Shown here: piece after piece, positions 33,101 to 44,459 of the stretch | Numbering within the stretch: position 1 is the first letter of the stretch | How the letters are laid out: each line of letters starts with the position of its first letter | Source: Pseudolabrys sp. | GTDB lineage: Bacteria; Pseudomonadota; Alphaproteobacteria; Rhizobiales; Xanthobacteraceae | Length of the DNA: 60,954 bases | Reading direction: 5' to 3' | Assembly (NCBI GenBank): GCA_036268675.1 | Contig: DATATS010000203.1 | Location: forward strand, 1 to 60,954 | The notes under the pieces: generated by a model | Seen by the model: only the letters and a program-made list of their open reading frames with translations | The model's database searches: none | What the model was told of the DNA's origin: nothing | Position numbers and translations under genes: made by a program

Positions 33101-33505
33101 ATGGCAAAATCGAAGAAGCGCAAGTCGAAGAAATCCAAGAAAGAGAAAAAGAAGAAGGCGAAACGCGCGGCGTTGGCGCGCGACAAAAATGGGATGAAGA
33201 AGACGAAGGCGAAATCCAAAGCGAAAGCCAAGTCCAAATCCAAGTCTAAATCTAAATCCAAGACTAAATCGAAATCGGCGCCGCCCAAATTCGCTCCGAT
33301 GTTGGCGCCAAAGCCCACACCCCAGCCCAAGCCCCCACCGAGGCCCGCGCCGACGCCCATGGCTCCGATGCCGCCGCGGCCCACGATGCCGCAGTCGTCT
33401 TCTTTGTTCCGGCCGTCGTCGACGCCTTCCGCGCCATCATCGCCTTCCTCCGGCGGATGGGGCGGTCCCGTTCCGCCGCGCAAACCGGATGATGACATCC
33501 AGTAG
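33101..33505 (+). CDS. Lys/Ser-rich then Pro-rich low-complexity basic protein
   Basis: GGAGGA RBS 6-7 nt before ATG; KS repeats written with varied synonymous codons. Confidence 0.7.
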   Translation: MAKSKKRKSKKSKKEKKKKAKRAALARDKNGMKKTKAKSKAKAKSKSKSKSKSKTKSKSAPPKFAPMLAPKPTPQPKPPPRPAPTPMAPMPPRPTMPQSSSLFRPSSTPSAPSSPSSGGWGGPVPPRKPDDDIQ

Positions 33506-33714
33506 GCGCGCGGACGAAGGCCGCGAGGGCGAAGGCGGGCGCCCGCAAAGAACAGGGATGATGGGGCGCGACCATACGCGCGCCACACTTCAAGGCGTTA
33601 ACGAGCGCGCCCGATTGCATCGCTGCGCCCAGCCGCATAGCATGCACCGGAACGCGCGGCCTAAAGGCCACAAAGCATTCAAGAAACTGCATTCAGCGCA
33701 GGGAGGATTTGGCC

Positions 33715-34788
33715 ATGCCAGGAACTTACAAAATTTTGCTCATGGGCGCGTCATATGGGTCGCTGCTCGCTTCCAAATTGCTGTTCGGCGGGCATTCGAT
33801 CCATCTGGTGTGCCTGCCGGCGGAAGCCGACCTGATCAACGCCGAAGGCTTCAAGGTGCGTATGCCGGTGCGGGGCCGTCAGGAGCCCGTCCTCCTTGAA
33901 TCCCGCAAGCTGCCGGGCAAGGTGACGGCGGGGCCGGCGACCGGCGTCGATCCGAAAAGTTACGACCTGATCGGCCTCTGCATGCAGGAACCGCAATACC
34001 GCTCGTCCGGCGTGCGCGAACTGCTCGATGCCGTCGGCAAGTCGCATGTGCCCTGCATGTCGATCATGAACATGCCGCCGCTGCCTTACATCAAGCGTAT
34101 TCCGGGGCTCGATTACGAGGCGCTCAAGGCCGCCTATACCGATCCGACGGTGTGGGATTCGTTCGATTCGAAATTCATCACGCTCAACAGCCCCGATCCG
34201 CAGGCGATCCGCCCACCGGACGGCAAGGCGAATGAGTTGCTCGTGACGCTGCCGACAAATTTCAAATGCGCGAAGTTCGACGACGACAAGAACACGGCGA
34301 TCCTGCGCCAGCTTGAGAAGGATGTGGAGGCCGCACGCTTCGACGCTCCGGAGGGCAAGATCGAGCTGCCGGTGAAGCTGAAGATCTACGACTCGATCTT
34401 CGTCCCGCTGGCAAAGTGGGCGATGCTGTTGGCGGGCAACTACCGCTGCATCACCAAGGACGGCATGCGGACGGCCAAAGAAGCGGTTCACGCCGACATC
34501 GAAACCTCGCGTTCGGTCTATAATTTCGTGAACGACCTGTGCGTGAAGCTTGGCGCCAAGCCGGCCGACATGGTGCCGTTCGAGAAATACGCCGCCGCTG
34601 CCGAAAGCCTGACGCGTCCGGCCTCCGCCGCGCGCGCCTTGTTCAATGGCGCGCCCAATATCGAGCGTGCCGACAAGCTGGTGCAGTTGATCGCACGCCA
34701 GAAGGGGCTCAAGCATCCGGCAATCGATGCAGGCGTGGCGCTGGTGGACGAAATGCTCGCCGCCAATCGCAAGAAGGCGGCGGCCTGA
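33715..34788 (+). CDS. Hypothetical protein with N-terminal Rossmann-like motif (ketopantoate reductase-like fold suspected)
   Basis: GGAGG RBS; KILLMGASYGSLL; strongly host-like codons. Confidence 0.75.
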   Translation: MPGTYKILLMGASYGSLLASKLLFGGHSIHLVCLPAEADLINAEGFKVRMPVRGRQEPVLLESRKLPGKVTAGPATGVDPKSYDLIGLCMQEPQYRSSGVRELLDAVGKSHVPCMSIMNMPPLPYIKRIPGLDYEALKAAYTDPTVWDSFDSKFITLNSPDPQAIRPPDGKANELLVTLPTNFKCAKFDDDKNTAILRQLEKDVEAARFDAPEGKIELPVKLKIYDSIFVPLAKWAMLLAGNYRCITKDGMRTAKEAVHADIETSRSVYNFVNDLCVKLGAKPADMVPFEKYAAAAESLTRPASAARALFNGAPNIERADKLVQLIARQKGLKHPAIDAGVALVDEMLAANRKKAAA

Positions 34789-34864
34789 TTCTCAAGGTTG
34801 CGACGGGTCCAGCGCTCCAATTCGGCCTCGGCGGGCACCGCCGAGGCCGCCGGACTTATTCACA

Positions 34865-34890
34865 GGGCGGCCGAAACGCCCGTTTTTTTT
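34865..34890 (+). terminator. Rho-independent terminator
   Basis: GGGCG-loop-CGCCC followed by T8; a perfect 12-bp hairpin lies just upstream at 34823-34849. Confidence 0.65.
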
Positions 34891-35166
34891 GTCCTCGACG
34901 GCGGAAATTCAGCGATCCGGCAGAGAAATTTGTGACTTTGTCGCAACAGCCCCATTGAATCTGTCGATAGAAGCCTGAATCGCCTAAAAAGGCAGCAATT
35001 GCTGCTTTTTTCGCGTTGCCCGCAAGGACCGTACCAAATCTAAATTCACCCCTGATGCACGTCCTGTTGCGTACGGGTCGGTTGCAGCCGGGGTTTGTAC
35101 GCACGTGTGACGGGCGAATTGTATCGGCTGATGTGAAAGTCGATCGAACGAAAAGGGGCAGGGTCA

Positions 35167-36042
35167 ATGAAGAAAGTTGTTTTGTCGGTAGTTGCGGCAC
35201 TCGCACTCAGCGCGATGCCCGCATTCGCGGCCGACATGCCGGTGAAAGCCTTGAAGGCACCGGCGGCCGCGCCGTCACCGTGGGATGTCGCCTTCGGTAC
35301 GGCGTTCACGTCCGATTACGATCTGCGCGGCGTGTCGCAGTCGAACCATAAGCCTGCGGTGCAGGGCTATGCAGAGCTCGATTACACCGTCAACAATTGG
35401 CTGAAGTTCTACACCGGAGTTTGGGGATCGAGCCTGTGGACCGGCTTCGCCGACGCGGAATTCGATTTCACCACCGGCGCGCGCTTGAGCGCCGGCAACT
35501 TCGGCCTCGATCTCGGGCTCATCTACTACTATTACCCGGGCGGTCTTAACGCTGCTGCCGGCCTCTTCAACGACAGCTGGCTCGAAGGCTACGCCAAGCC
35601 GTCATACAAGTTCAACGATTGGCTGACTGTCGGCGGCACCTTCGAAAGCGCCTTTAACAACTTCAACAACAAGACGTCGCCCACGGGCGTCTGGACCGGC
35701 AATGCGGGCCACTACTACGCGTCCGGCAATGCGGTCATCACCCTGCCGTGGCATCCGGCTCCGGATGTGGTCGTGTCGATCAATCCCGAAGTCGGTTACG
35801 AATGGTATAGCTCCGGCGTGACCACCAATCTGGGTTTCGTCAGCGACACCTACTGGGATGTCGGCGTCGACTTCAACTACAAGGCCGTCACGCTTGATCT
35901 TCGCTACTGGGGCATCAATCTGCACCCGAACGCGATCACGCCGAACCAGTGCGGCCCGACCGCTACTGGCAGCTCCAACCTCTGCGGCGATCGTTTCGTA
36001 GCGACACTTAAGTTCGACACCACTCTGTCGGCACTCAAGTAA
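35167..36042 (+). CDS. TorF-family putative outer-membrane porin
   Basis: Signal peptide plus AADMPVKA; SDYDLRGVSQS..PAVQGY; aromatic alternating beta strands. Confidence 0.85.
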   Translation: MKKVVLSVVAALALSAMPAFAADMPVKALKAPAAAPSPWDVAFGTAFTSDYDLRGVSQSNHKPAVQGYAELDYTVNNWLKFYTGVWGSSLWTGFADAEFDFTTGARLSAGNFGLDLGLIYYYYPGGLNAAAGLFNDSWLEGYAKPSYKFNDWLTVGGTFESAFNNFNNKTSPTGVWTGNAGHYYASGNAVITLPWHPAPDVVVSINPEVGYEWYSSGVTTNLGFVSDTYWDVGVDFNYKAVTLDLRYWGINLHPNAITPNQCGPTATGSSNLCGDRFVATLKFDTTLSALK

Positions 36043-36077
36043 GCTAAAGTCAGTCGTCTGCCTCTTCGGCTGCAACG

Positions 36078-36103
36078 GGCAGCGGTCCTTTCGGACCGCT
36101 GCC
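36078..36103. terminator. Terminator hairpin between convergent porin and ABC genes
   Basis: GGCAGCGGTCC-TTTC-GGACCGCTGCC followed by TTGTT. Confidence 0.75.
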
Positions 36104-36121
36104 TTGTTGCATTTTGGGTTG

Positions 36122-37864
36122 TCACGCCGCCGGCGTCGGGGTGCCCTCGCGTAGCCAATAACGGTCGCCCTCGTGGGTGAAGGCGAGCCGGCGCTTGTGC
36201 AGGGCGGCGAGCGTCGAGCGATGGCCGATCGACACGATGGTCGACGCAGCGAGGCGCCGTTCCAGCAGTTGATAGAGCGCAGCTTCCGACGCCTCATCGA
36301 GGGACGCGGTCGCCTCGTCCAGGAACAGATAATCGGGCGCATGCAGCAACGCGCGCGCGATGCCGAGACGCTGCTGCTCGCCGAGCGACAGCATCCGGTT
36401 CCAATGCGCCTCCTCCTCGATGCTGCCGGCCAGATCGGGAAGACCGGCAGCGGCGATCAATTCAGCGACGTGGGCGGCGTCGTAAGTGCCAGGCTCGGAC
36501 GGATAGGCGACCGCGGCGGACAACGGCGCGATCGGAAAATAAGGACGCTGCGGCAGGATCATCAGGCGCGCGTCCTTCGGCAGCGCGATGACGCCATGAC
36601 CGAAGGGCCAGATGCCGGCCAGCGCGCGGAATAGAGTGGATTTTCCGGCGCCGGACGGGCCGCTGATCAACACGCGGTCGCCGAGCTTGATCGCCACGTC
36701 GCTTGCATTCACCAGCGGCACGCCGTTCGGCAGTTGCACCGCCAGGTCCTTGAATGCGACCACGCCTGCCTCGCCGGGCGTGACCGTAATCACCGGCGGC
36801 GTCACTGCGACGCTACGGGCGGCCGCGATCGACTGGTCGAAGCCCGACAGCCGCTCGATCACCGCGCGCCATTCCGCGAGGCTCCGGTACAGGCTCACGA
36901 AAACCGACAGCGCGTCCTGCACGCGGTTAAAGGCATTGGCCGACTGCATCAGTCCGCCGAGCTGGACGACGCCGGCGAAATAGGCCGGGCTCACCAGGAT
37001 GAAGGGAAACACCACCGAGGCCTGCCCATATCCGGCGGTGAAGAAGGTCAGCTTCTTTTGCCGCGTCATGATCGCGTACCAGTTGGCGACCACGTTGCTA
37101 AAACGCATCAGCAGCCGATCGCGCTCGGCGCTGTCGCCGTCGAGGAGGGCGATCTGCTCGGAGTTCTCGCGCACACGCACCAGGTTGAAGCGAAAATCGG
37201 CCTCGTAGCGCTGCTGCTGGAAATTGAGCGCGATCAGAGGACGGCCGATCAAATGGGTGAATATCGTACCGATGACGGCATAGATCAGCGCCGCCCACAG
37301 CAGATAGCCGGGAATATTGAAATTCGAGCCGAATAAATGCAGGGGCGCCGCGGCCGACAGCGTCCACAGAATGATCATGAACGAGAAAAGCGTGACCGTC
37401 GAGTTGAGCAGCTGCAATCCGATATTGAGCGTGAGCGATATGAATTGGTTGATGTCCTCGGAAATGCGCTGGTCCGGATTGTCGGCGGCGTCTCCCAAAA
37501 GCTGCATGCGGTAATGATTGGCGCCTTGCAGCCAGTGATCGAGATAGACGCCGGTGAGCCAGCGCCGCCAGCGGATTTGCAGCCATTGATTGAGATAGAG
37601 CTGATAGACCGCGAGCAGGATGAACGCGCCGGCCAGCACGCTGAAATAGCCAAGCTGATAGGTGAAGGCGTTCCAGTCGCGATTCTGCAGCGCGTTGTAG
37701 AAACGGGCGTTCCAGGTGTTGAGCAGCACCGTGATGGCCACGATCGATAGCTCAATGGCGACCACCGCCGTCAGCAGAATACGCCCCGCCCAGCGGTCTT
37801 CGGAACGGAAATACGGACTCGCGATTCGCCAAACGACGGCGAGCGTCGATAAGATGCCTCTCAC
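36122..37864 (-). CDS. Fused ABC transporter permease/ATPase (YddA / BclA / Rv1819c type)
   Basis: DNPDQRI, EADFRF, GPSGAGKST, LSLGEQQR, FLDEATASLD, SIGHR. Confidence 0.92.
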   Translation of the reverse strand: MRGILSTLAVVWRIASPYFRSEDRWAGRILLTAVVAIELSIVAITVLLNTWNARFYNALQNRDWNAFTYQLGYFSVLAGAFILLAVYQLYLNQWLQIRWRRWLTGVYLDHWLQGANHYRMQLLGDAADNPDQRISEDINQFISLTLNIGLQLLNSTVTLFSFMIILWTLSAAAPLHLFGSNFNIPGYLLWAALIYAVIGTIFTHLIGRPLIALNFQQQRYEADFRFNLVRVRENSEQIALLDGDSAERDRLLMRFSNVVANWYAIMTRQKKLTFFTAGYGQASVVFPFILVSPAYFAGVVQLGGLMQSANAFNRVQDALSVFVSLYRSLAEWRAVIERLSGFDQSIAAARSVAVTPPVITVTPGEAGVVAFKDLAVQLPNGVPLVNASDVAIKLGDRVLISGPSGAGKSTLFRALAGIWPFGHGVIALPKDARLMILPQRPYFPIAPLSAAVAYPSEPGTYDAAHVAELIAAAGLPDLAGSIEEEAHWNRMLSLGEQQRLGIARALLHAPDYLFLDEATASLDEASEAALYQLLERRLAASTIVSIGHRSTLAALHKRRLAFTHEGDRYWLREGTPTPAA

Positions 37865-37954
37865 GGACTTGTCTCCTGTTGGGACGCGATGACGTCGGGT
37901 TCGCCGCCCCCAACGACATGTTGCCGGCTAGCGGTCTGCGGATTCCATTCTATT

Positions 37955-38806
37955 TCACGCGGATTCGCGCAGGAACGCGATGGTGCGGCCCCAGGCGAGA
38001 TCGGCCGCCGCTTTGTCGTAGCGGCTTGAGGTGTCGTTGTTGAAGCCGTGATTGACGTTTGGATAAATGTAGATCGTGAAGCGCTTGCCGGCGGCCCTGA
38101 GCGCCGCTTCATAGGCCGCAATGCCGGCGTCGACGCGCTGGTCGAGACCGGCGTAATGCAGCAGCAGCGCCGCATGGATCGTCGTCACCTTGTCGGCCGG
38201 CGGCTGGAGTCCGTAATAGGCGACGGCCGCCTTGAGATCGGGCGCGATCACGGCGATGCGATTGACCATGCCGCCGCCCCAGCAAAAGCCGACGGTGCCG
38301 ACATTGCCCGTCGACTCCGCGTGGCTTTGCATGAACGGCACCGCCGCGGCGATGCGGTGCGCGGTCTCGTCCGGATTGAGCGTGCCGATCATGTCGCGGC
38401 CCTTGTCCTCGTCGGCCGGCGTGCCGCCGAGCGGAGAGAGCATGTCGACCGCATAAGCGAGAAAGCCCTCCAGCGCGAGACGGCGCGCGATGTCCTTGAT
38501 GTGCGGATTGAGCCCGCGGTTCTCATGGATGACGATCACCGCCGAGCGTTTGCCCTTCGCCTTGAGGCGAACGAGATAGCCGCTGACCGGCGTGCCGGCC
38601 GCGTCGTACGTCACGGTGTCGACGGCAAGCCGCGGATCGTCAGGTGCGACAGTTGCCGCCCGCGCATAATCGTTTTGCAGGAGCGGCAGCAGCGCCAGGC
38701 CCGCCGCGCTCGATCCGGTGATCTGCGCCAGCCGGTCGAGGAATTTGCGGCGGTCGATCACGCCATGCGTGAAGCTGTCGTAGAGATCGATGATGTGCTG
38801 ATCCAT
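37955..38806 (-). CDS. Dienelactone hydrolase family protein (YghX-like)
   Basis: IHENRGLN, GFCWGG, HGFNND. Confidence 0.93.
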   Translation of the reverse strand: MDQHIIDLYDSFTHGVIDRRKFLDRLAQITGSSAAGLALLPLLQNDYARAATVAPDDPRLAVDTVTYDAAGTPVSGYLVRLKAKGKRSAVIVIHENRGLNPHIKDIARRLALEGFLAYAVDMLSPLGGTPADEDKGRDMIGTLNPDETAHRIAAAVPFMQSHAESTGNVGTVGFCWGGGMVNRIAVIAPDLKAAVAYYGLQPPADKVTTIHAALLLHYAGLDQRVDAGIAAYEAALRAAGKRFTIYIYPNVNHGFNNDTSSRYDKAAADLAWGRTIAFLRESA

Positions 38807-38949
38807 GGCAGGCTCCGCGGGGTGGGCGCATAGTCTAACACGCAACGCGGGGCCGCTATTCCCAAAAACCGGCTTGACGGGACGCCCTGTTGCCTGCTTT
38901 TGAAAAGCCCAATGGCGTTGCGACCGCGACCGCCAACCCGGAGCAAATC

Positions 38950-39402
38950 ATGACAATTACTCGCCTGATCGCAGGCCGGCCGGTCTTTGCTCGGGTTGCC
39001 TTGGCAGCCTTCCTGCTGATGTTCGGCGGCGCAGGTTCCGTCTGGGCCGCGGGCAATTTCCCATTCGACCAGGAGCTCATCCTCGATGCCGCGCCCATGC
39101 GTCCGGTCAAGCGGGTGCCGGTGCTCAATGTGGCGGCAAATGGCGAGGCCACCATCAATTTGTGGTGCCGCACGGTACCCGGACGCGTCGATCTCACCGA
39201 TGGCACAATCAAAATCGAACCCGGTCCCTTGCCCGAGGCGCTGCCCACGATGATGGTCGATGGCCAATGCACGCCCGCTCGCATGCAGGCGGATCAGGAT
39301 TTGCTGGCGCAACTCACGCGGGTGACCGAATGGCGCAAGCAGGGCGGCATTGTCGTGCTGGTCGGGCCGAAGACGCTGAAATTCCGTCCGTCATCCAATT
39401 AG
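38950..39402 (+). CDS. Secreted META-domain-like protein
   Basis: Signal peptide; LWC..C..M..D..LL pattern. Confidence 0.6.
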   Translation: MTITRLIAGRPVFARVALAAFLLMFGGAGSVWAAGNFPFDQELILDAAPMRPVKRVPVLNVAANGEATINLWCRTVPGRVDLTDGTIKIEPGPLPEALPTMMVDGQCTPARMQADQDLLAQLTRVTEWRKQGGIVVLVGPKTLKFRPSSN

Positions 39403-39431
39403 CGCGGCTGACCGGCTAAGCCGGCGCAACG

Positions 39432-39460
39432 AAAAAGGGCGCGGTCGAGACCGCGCCCTT
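39432..39460 (-). terminator. groEL terminator (possibly bidirectional)
   Basis: AAAAAGGGCGCGGTC-GA-GACCGCGCCCTT. Confidence 0.85.
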
Positions 39461-39486
39461 ATCTCATTTTGCCGTTGGCGGCTTGC

Positions 39487-41133
<1,647 letters not shown>

Positions 41134-41157
41134 TCACTCCGTTGGATATATTTGAAC

Positions 41158-41454
41158 TCAGGCGATCACGCCCATGATGTCGCTCTCCTTCATGATCAGG
41201 AGATCCTCGCCTTCGAGCTTGACCTCGGTGCCCGACCATTTGCCGAACAGCACGCGGTTGCCCGGCTTGACGTCGATCGGCGTGAGCTTGCCGTTCTCGT
41301 CGCGTCCGCCCGGACCGACGGCGACGATCTCGCCTTCGCTCGGCTTTTCCTGGGCGGTGTCCGGGATGATGATGCCGCCTTTGGTCTTCTCGGTTGCTTC
41401 GATGCGGCGCACGACCACGCGGTCGTGCAGGGGACGGAACTTGGTCTTGGCCAT
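41158..41454 (-). CDS. groES: Co-chaperonin GroES
   Basis: [24 protein letters not shown]; GAGG RBS before ATG at 41454. Confidence 0.98.
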   Translation of the reverse strand: MAKTKFRPLHDRVVVRRIEATEKTKGGIIIPDTAQEKPSEGEIVAVGPGGRDENGKLTPIDVKPGNRVLFGKWSGTEVKLEGEDLLIMKESDIMGVIA

Positions 41455-41474
41455 GGGCTTCCTCGTGGGCGCTA

Positions 41475-41523
41475 GCGCATGATCCCGAAAAGCGGGTACC
41501 GGTTTTCGGACCAGATCATGCCC
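41475..41523. repeat. 49-bp palindromic element in the groES leader
   Basis: GCGCATGATCCCGAAAAGCGGGTACCGGTTTTCGGACCAGATCATGCCC. Confidence 0.85.
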
Positions 41524-41570
41524 AAGCAAAAGGGTGGGGTTTGAACTGAAAGTCTCGATTTTTTAAGCTA

Positions 41571-41597
41571 TTAGCACTCAGGTACAGAGAGTGCCAA
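41571..41597. promoter_or_regulatory. CIRCE element (HrcA operator)
   Basis: TTAGCACTC-N9-GAGTGCCAA upstream of groES. Confidence 0.95.
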
Positions 41598-41609
41598 AGG
41601 CTGCCTGGG

Positions 41610-41638
41610 AGATATGGAATTGGCGGCGGGGTGTCAAG
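41610..41638 (-). promoter_or_regulatory. RpoH-type promoter of groESL
   Basis: Minus strand CTTGAC...CCATATCT immediately upstream of CIRCE. Confidence 0.7.
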
Positions 41639-41754
41639 CTTTGGCACCATGCGGACGGCGGCAGCGTTAACCGGCTGGAGGCTGGAATCGGGCATGCTTG
41701 CGCCGTTCGCCAATGCCTTTCAAAATTGCGTCCACGCCGCTGCCAGGAGCCCGC

Positions 41755-42333
41755 ATGAGCCGTCCCAGCCACGTTCGACTGCCGACCGTCCTGGTCCTTG
41801 CGTTGCTGGCGTTCGGGCTTGCCAATTGCGTCACCAGCGGCCCGCAGCAACCGCCGCCGCCCGCGCCGGCGCCCGCATTGCCGCCGGCCTTCCCGCCGCA
41901 GGATATCGTCGGCCGCTGGGGGCTTGCCGCCTATCACCGCGAGGAAGACCGCGCGCGCACCGAGGCCGCCGCCGCCGCGCAGTGCAAGCAGCCCTACGTG
42001 ATCACGCTCGGTCCGACCGGCGGCGTGATGATGTATCTTGCCGACCAGGCAACGCCGAGCGAACTGCGTCTCAAGGGTGCGCCGGGCAACAAGACCTTCA
42101 TCGGCCCCGATGGCGATGCCGGCGGCATGCAGGACCGTGAGGTGGTGTTCTTCGACGGACGTGTCCTGATCCTGCGCTGGGTGGATCCCGAGGTGCAGGG
42201 CCGCTACGGCACAATGGTCTATGTGCGCTGCGCGCCGGAGGGCGCCAAGCGGCCGAGGCCAAAGAGAAACACGAAACCGAGGCCGGCGCCGAAACCGATC
42301 CAGCCGCCCATCCAGCAACAAAAGCCGCAATAG
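41755..42333 (+). CDS. Putative lipoprotein
   Basis: AGGAG RBS; lipobox LANC; Pro-rich linker; two further Cys. Confidence 0.75.
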   Translation: MSRPSHVRLPTVLVLALLAFGLANCVTSGPQQPPPPAPAPALPPAFPPQDIVGRWGLAAYHREEDRARTEAAAAAQCKQPYVITLGPTGGVMMYLADQATPSELRLKGAPGNKTFIGPDGDAGGMQDREVVFFDGRVLILRWVDPEVQGRYGTMVYVRCAPEGAKRPRPKRNTKPRPAPKPIQPPIQQQKPQ

Positions 42334-42395
42334 TAGGGAATCGCCCGCCGCGCGCGTGAGCCGCCGGCGGATGCTGTGCTAGGACCTTCGGCGAC

Positions 42396-43586
42396 ATGAC
42401 CGCTCTCCGCGATTTCATGGCCGGCCCCTGGCGCGCGGTGCCCGTGCTCGGCGTCACCCAGATTCTGTCCTGGGGCAGCATCTTCTATACGCCGGTGCTG
42501 ATCGTGCCGTTGATCGTGCAGCAGCGCGGCTGGTCGATCGCCTTCGGCATGGGCGGCTTTTCAGTTGGTTTGCTGACCGCCGGGCTGGTAGCGCCTTACG
42601 TCGGCCGCTCGATCGATCGTGTCGGCGGCCACGTAGTGATGACCGCCGGCTCGCTGATCGGTGCGCTTGGGCTGGCGCTGATCGCCCACGTCACCGGCAA
42701 GGCCGCTTATCTCGGCGTATGGGTGGTGCTCGGCATTGCCATGGCGGCCAATCTCTACGATGCAGCCTTTGCCACGTTGGGGCGCATTTTCGGCGTGGGT
42801 GCGCGCAAGCCGATCACGGCGCTGACGCTGGCCGGTGGCTTTGCCTCGACGGTGAGCTGGCCTGCGACGCACTTCCTGATCCAGGCGATCGGCTGGCAGG
42901 GAACGTATCTGATCTATGCGGCATTTCTGGCATTCGTCTCGGCGCCGCTCCATTTTTTTGCGCTGCCGCGTAGCCGACACGACGCGGACATAGGTGTTCA
43001 TCGCGATGCGCCGCCGCCGGCCAAGGTGTTGCCGCCGCGCGGGCTCACATTCATCCTGGTCGCGTCGGCGTTTGCGACCTACGCCTTCGTGCCATCCGGC
43101 CTGTCGGCACATTTGCTGGCGATCTTCGCGCGTTCCGGCATCGACGCGGGAACGGTGGTGTGGATCGGCGCGTTGTTCGGCCCGGCGCAAGTCGGCGCGC
43201 GTTTGATCGAATTCACGTTCGGCCGCAACCTGCATCCTTTGTGGATTGCGCGCTTTGCGCTCGCAGGCTTGCTGTGCGCGTTCGTGATGCTGGCGGTGCT
43301 CGGCATATCGACGCCGGTCGCTGCCGCCTTCGCGCTGATGTTCGGCGGCGCCAATGGGCTCATCACCATCACGCGCGGCGCGCTGCCGCTGGCGCTTTTC
43401 GGCGCGTCGGGCTACGGCCAGCTGATGGGGCGGCTCGCCGGGCCGTTTTTGTTGATGCAGGCGGCGGCACCGCTGGTCATGGCCTTTGTGGTGGAGCGTA
43501 CATTCGATGGCGCGGCGCTCGCGCTCGCGGCCGGCTTTGCCGCCGTAGCTCTCGGCTGCTTTGTGCTGATCCGAAGACCGGGCTAG
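42396..43586 (+). CDS. MFS transporter
   Basis: LGVTQILSWGSIFY, LYDAAFATL, LAGGFAST, GPAQV. Confidence 0.9.
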   Translation: MTALRDFMAGPWRAVPVLGVTQILSWGSIFYTPVLIVPLIVQQRGWSIAFGMGGFSVGLLTAGLVAPYVGRSIDRVGGHVVMTAGSLIGALGLALIAHVTGKAAYLGVWVVLGIAMAANLYDAAFATLGRIFGVGARKPITALTLAGGFASTVSWPATHFLIQAIGWQGTYLIYAAFLAFVSAPLHFFALPRSRHDADIGVHRDAPPPAKVLPPRGLTFILVASAFATYAFVPSGLSAHLLAIFARSGIDAGTVVWIGALFGPAQVGARLIEFTFGRNLHPLWIARFALAGLLCAFVMLAVLGISTPVAAAFALMFGGANGLITITRGALPLALFGASGYGQLMGRLAGPFLLMQAAAPLVMAFVVERTFDGAALALAAGFAAVALGCFVLIRRPG

Positions 43587-44191
43587 CCGAACATCTTGTC
43601 GATGTCGCGCTGGCTGGCATGGCCGGCGTCACCTTCGAGCTTTGGGCCATTGAGCAGTGCACGGCCATTGCCTACCGCGACCACGGTCGGCGTGGTGCGC
43701 GCGATCATGGCCGCAACCTGTTGCTCGATCGCGCCGAGAATCGCGATCACCTTGCCGATGCGCTGGCCGGCAAGGTCCTGGAAATTGCAGGCCTGGTAGA
43801 TTTCGACCACCTGGTCCTGGATGTCCTGCGTGAGACCGCACTCGTACTCGGATTTGAGCGTTGCAGCGAGCGCCTTGGCGCTGTCCTCGATGATCTCGCT
43901 CGACTTCAGGATTTTTACAGTGGCCTTTTCCATGCCGTCGACCGCGGCGCCGAGTTCGCTTGCCGCGCGCGGGAGGCGGCGCTCCTTGCCGTCAACGACA
44001 AGTGCGTCCAGTTCGCGGCGGTTGCGGGCAATGGTGTCGCGGATGGCATGCAGCTCGCGCTGCAGTGTCTGCACGCTGGCGTCGCGAGGGAGGTCGCGCC
44101 GTTCACTCAGCGCCTTGAATTCGGCGGCAACGGGCGCCCCCGCAGGCTTGCCGGCAAGCATCTGTTCGATGCGAAATACTTTGCGCTGCAC
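43583..44191 (-). CDS. CheZ-like phosphatase (alphaproteobacterial type)
   Basis: Helical; MEKAT..IL and ACNFQDLAGQRIGKV (DxxxQ); C-terminal SQRDID..F. Confidence 0.8.
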   Translation of the reverse strand: MQRKVFRIEQMLAGKPAGAPVAAEFKALSERRDLPRDASVQTLQRELHAIRDTIARNRRELDALVVDGKERRLPRAASELGAAVDGMEKATVKILKSSEIIEDSAKALAATLKSEYECGLTQDIQDQVVEIYQACNFQDLAGQRIGKVIAILGAIEQQVAAMIARTTPTVVAVGNGRALLNGPKLEGDAGHASQRDIDKMFG

Positions 44192-44459
44192 GTCACGTCC
44201 CCGTATCGGCCCCAATTCCTTCTTCTATCAGAGCGGCGATTAACGCTGGGTTGCAGGGCGGCGTCGCAGCGCACGCGGCGTCGGCAGCGCCGGTAACATA
44301 GCGTTCACCATGATGGCCGGCCTTTTACGCAAAATAAACTCTAACGCGACGAAGCGCAGCGAAGGCTGCGACAAGGACGCCGCGCGGCGCGCCGGATTTA
44401 CCAATCGGTGTTGGTTTGCCTCTGTACTCTAGCGGTCGAGCCACGCGGAATTTTCAACG

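Noticed and set aside
32701-33588. 295-aa minus-strand ORF with DLDLDL repeats
   Set aside because: Antisense reading of the KS-repeat gene, which has the RBS
41641-41658. TGGCAC as a sigma54 -24 box
   Set aside because: No TTGC at the required spacing
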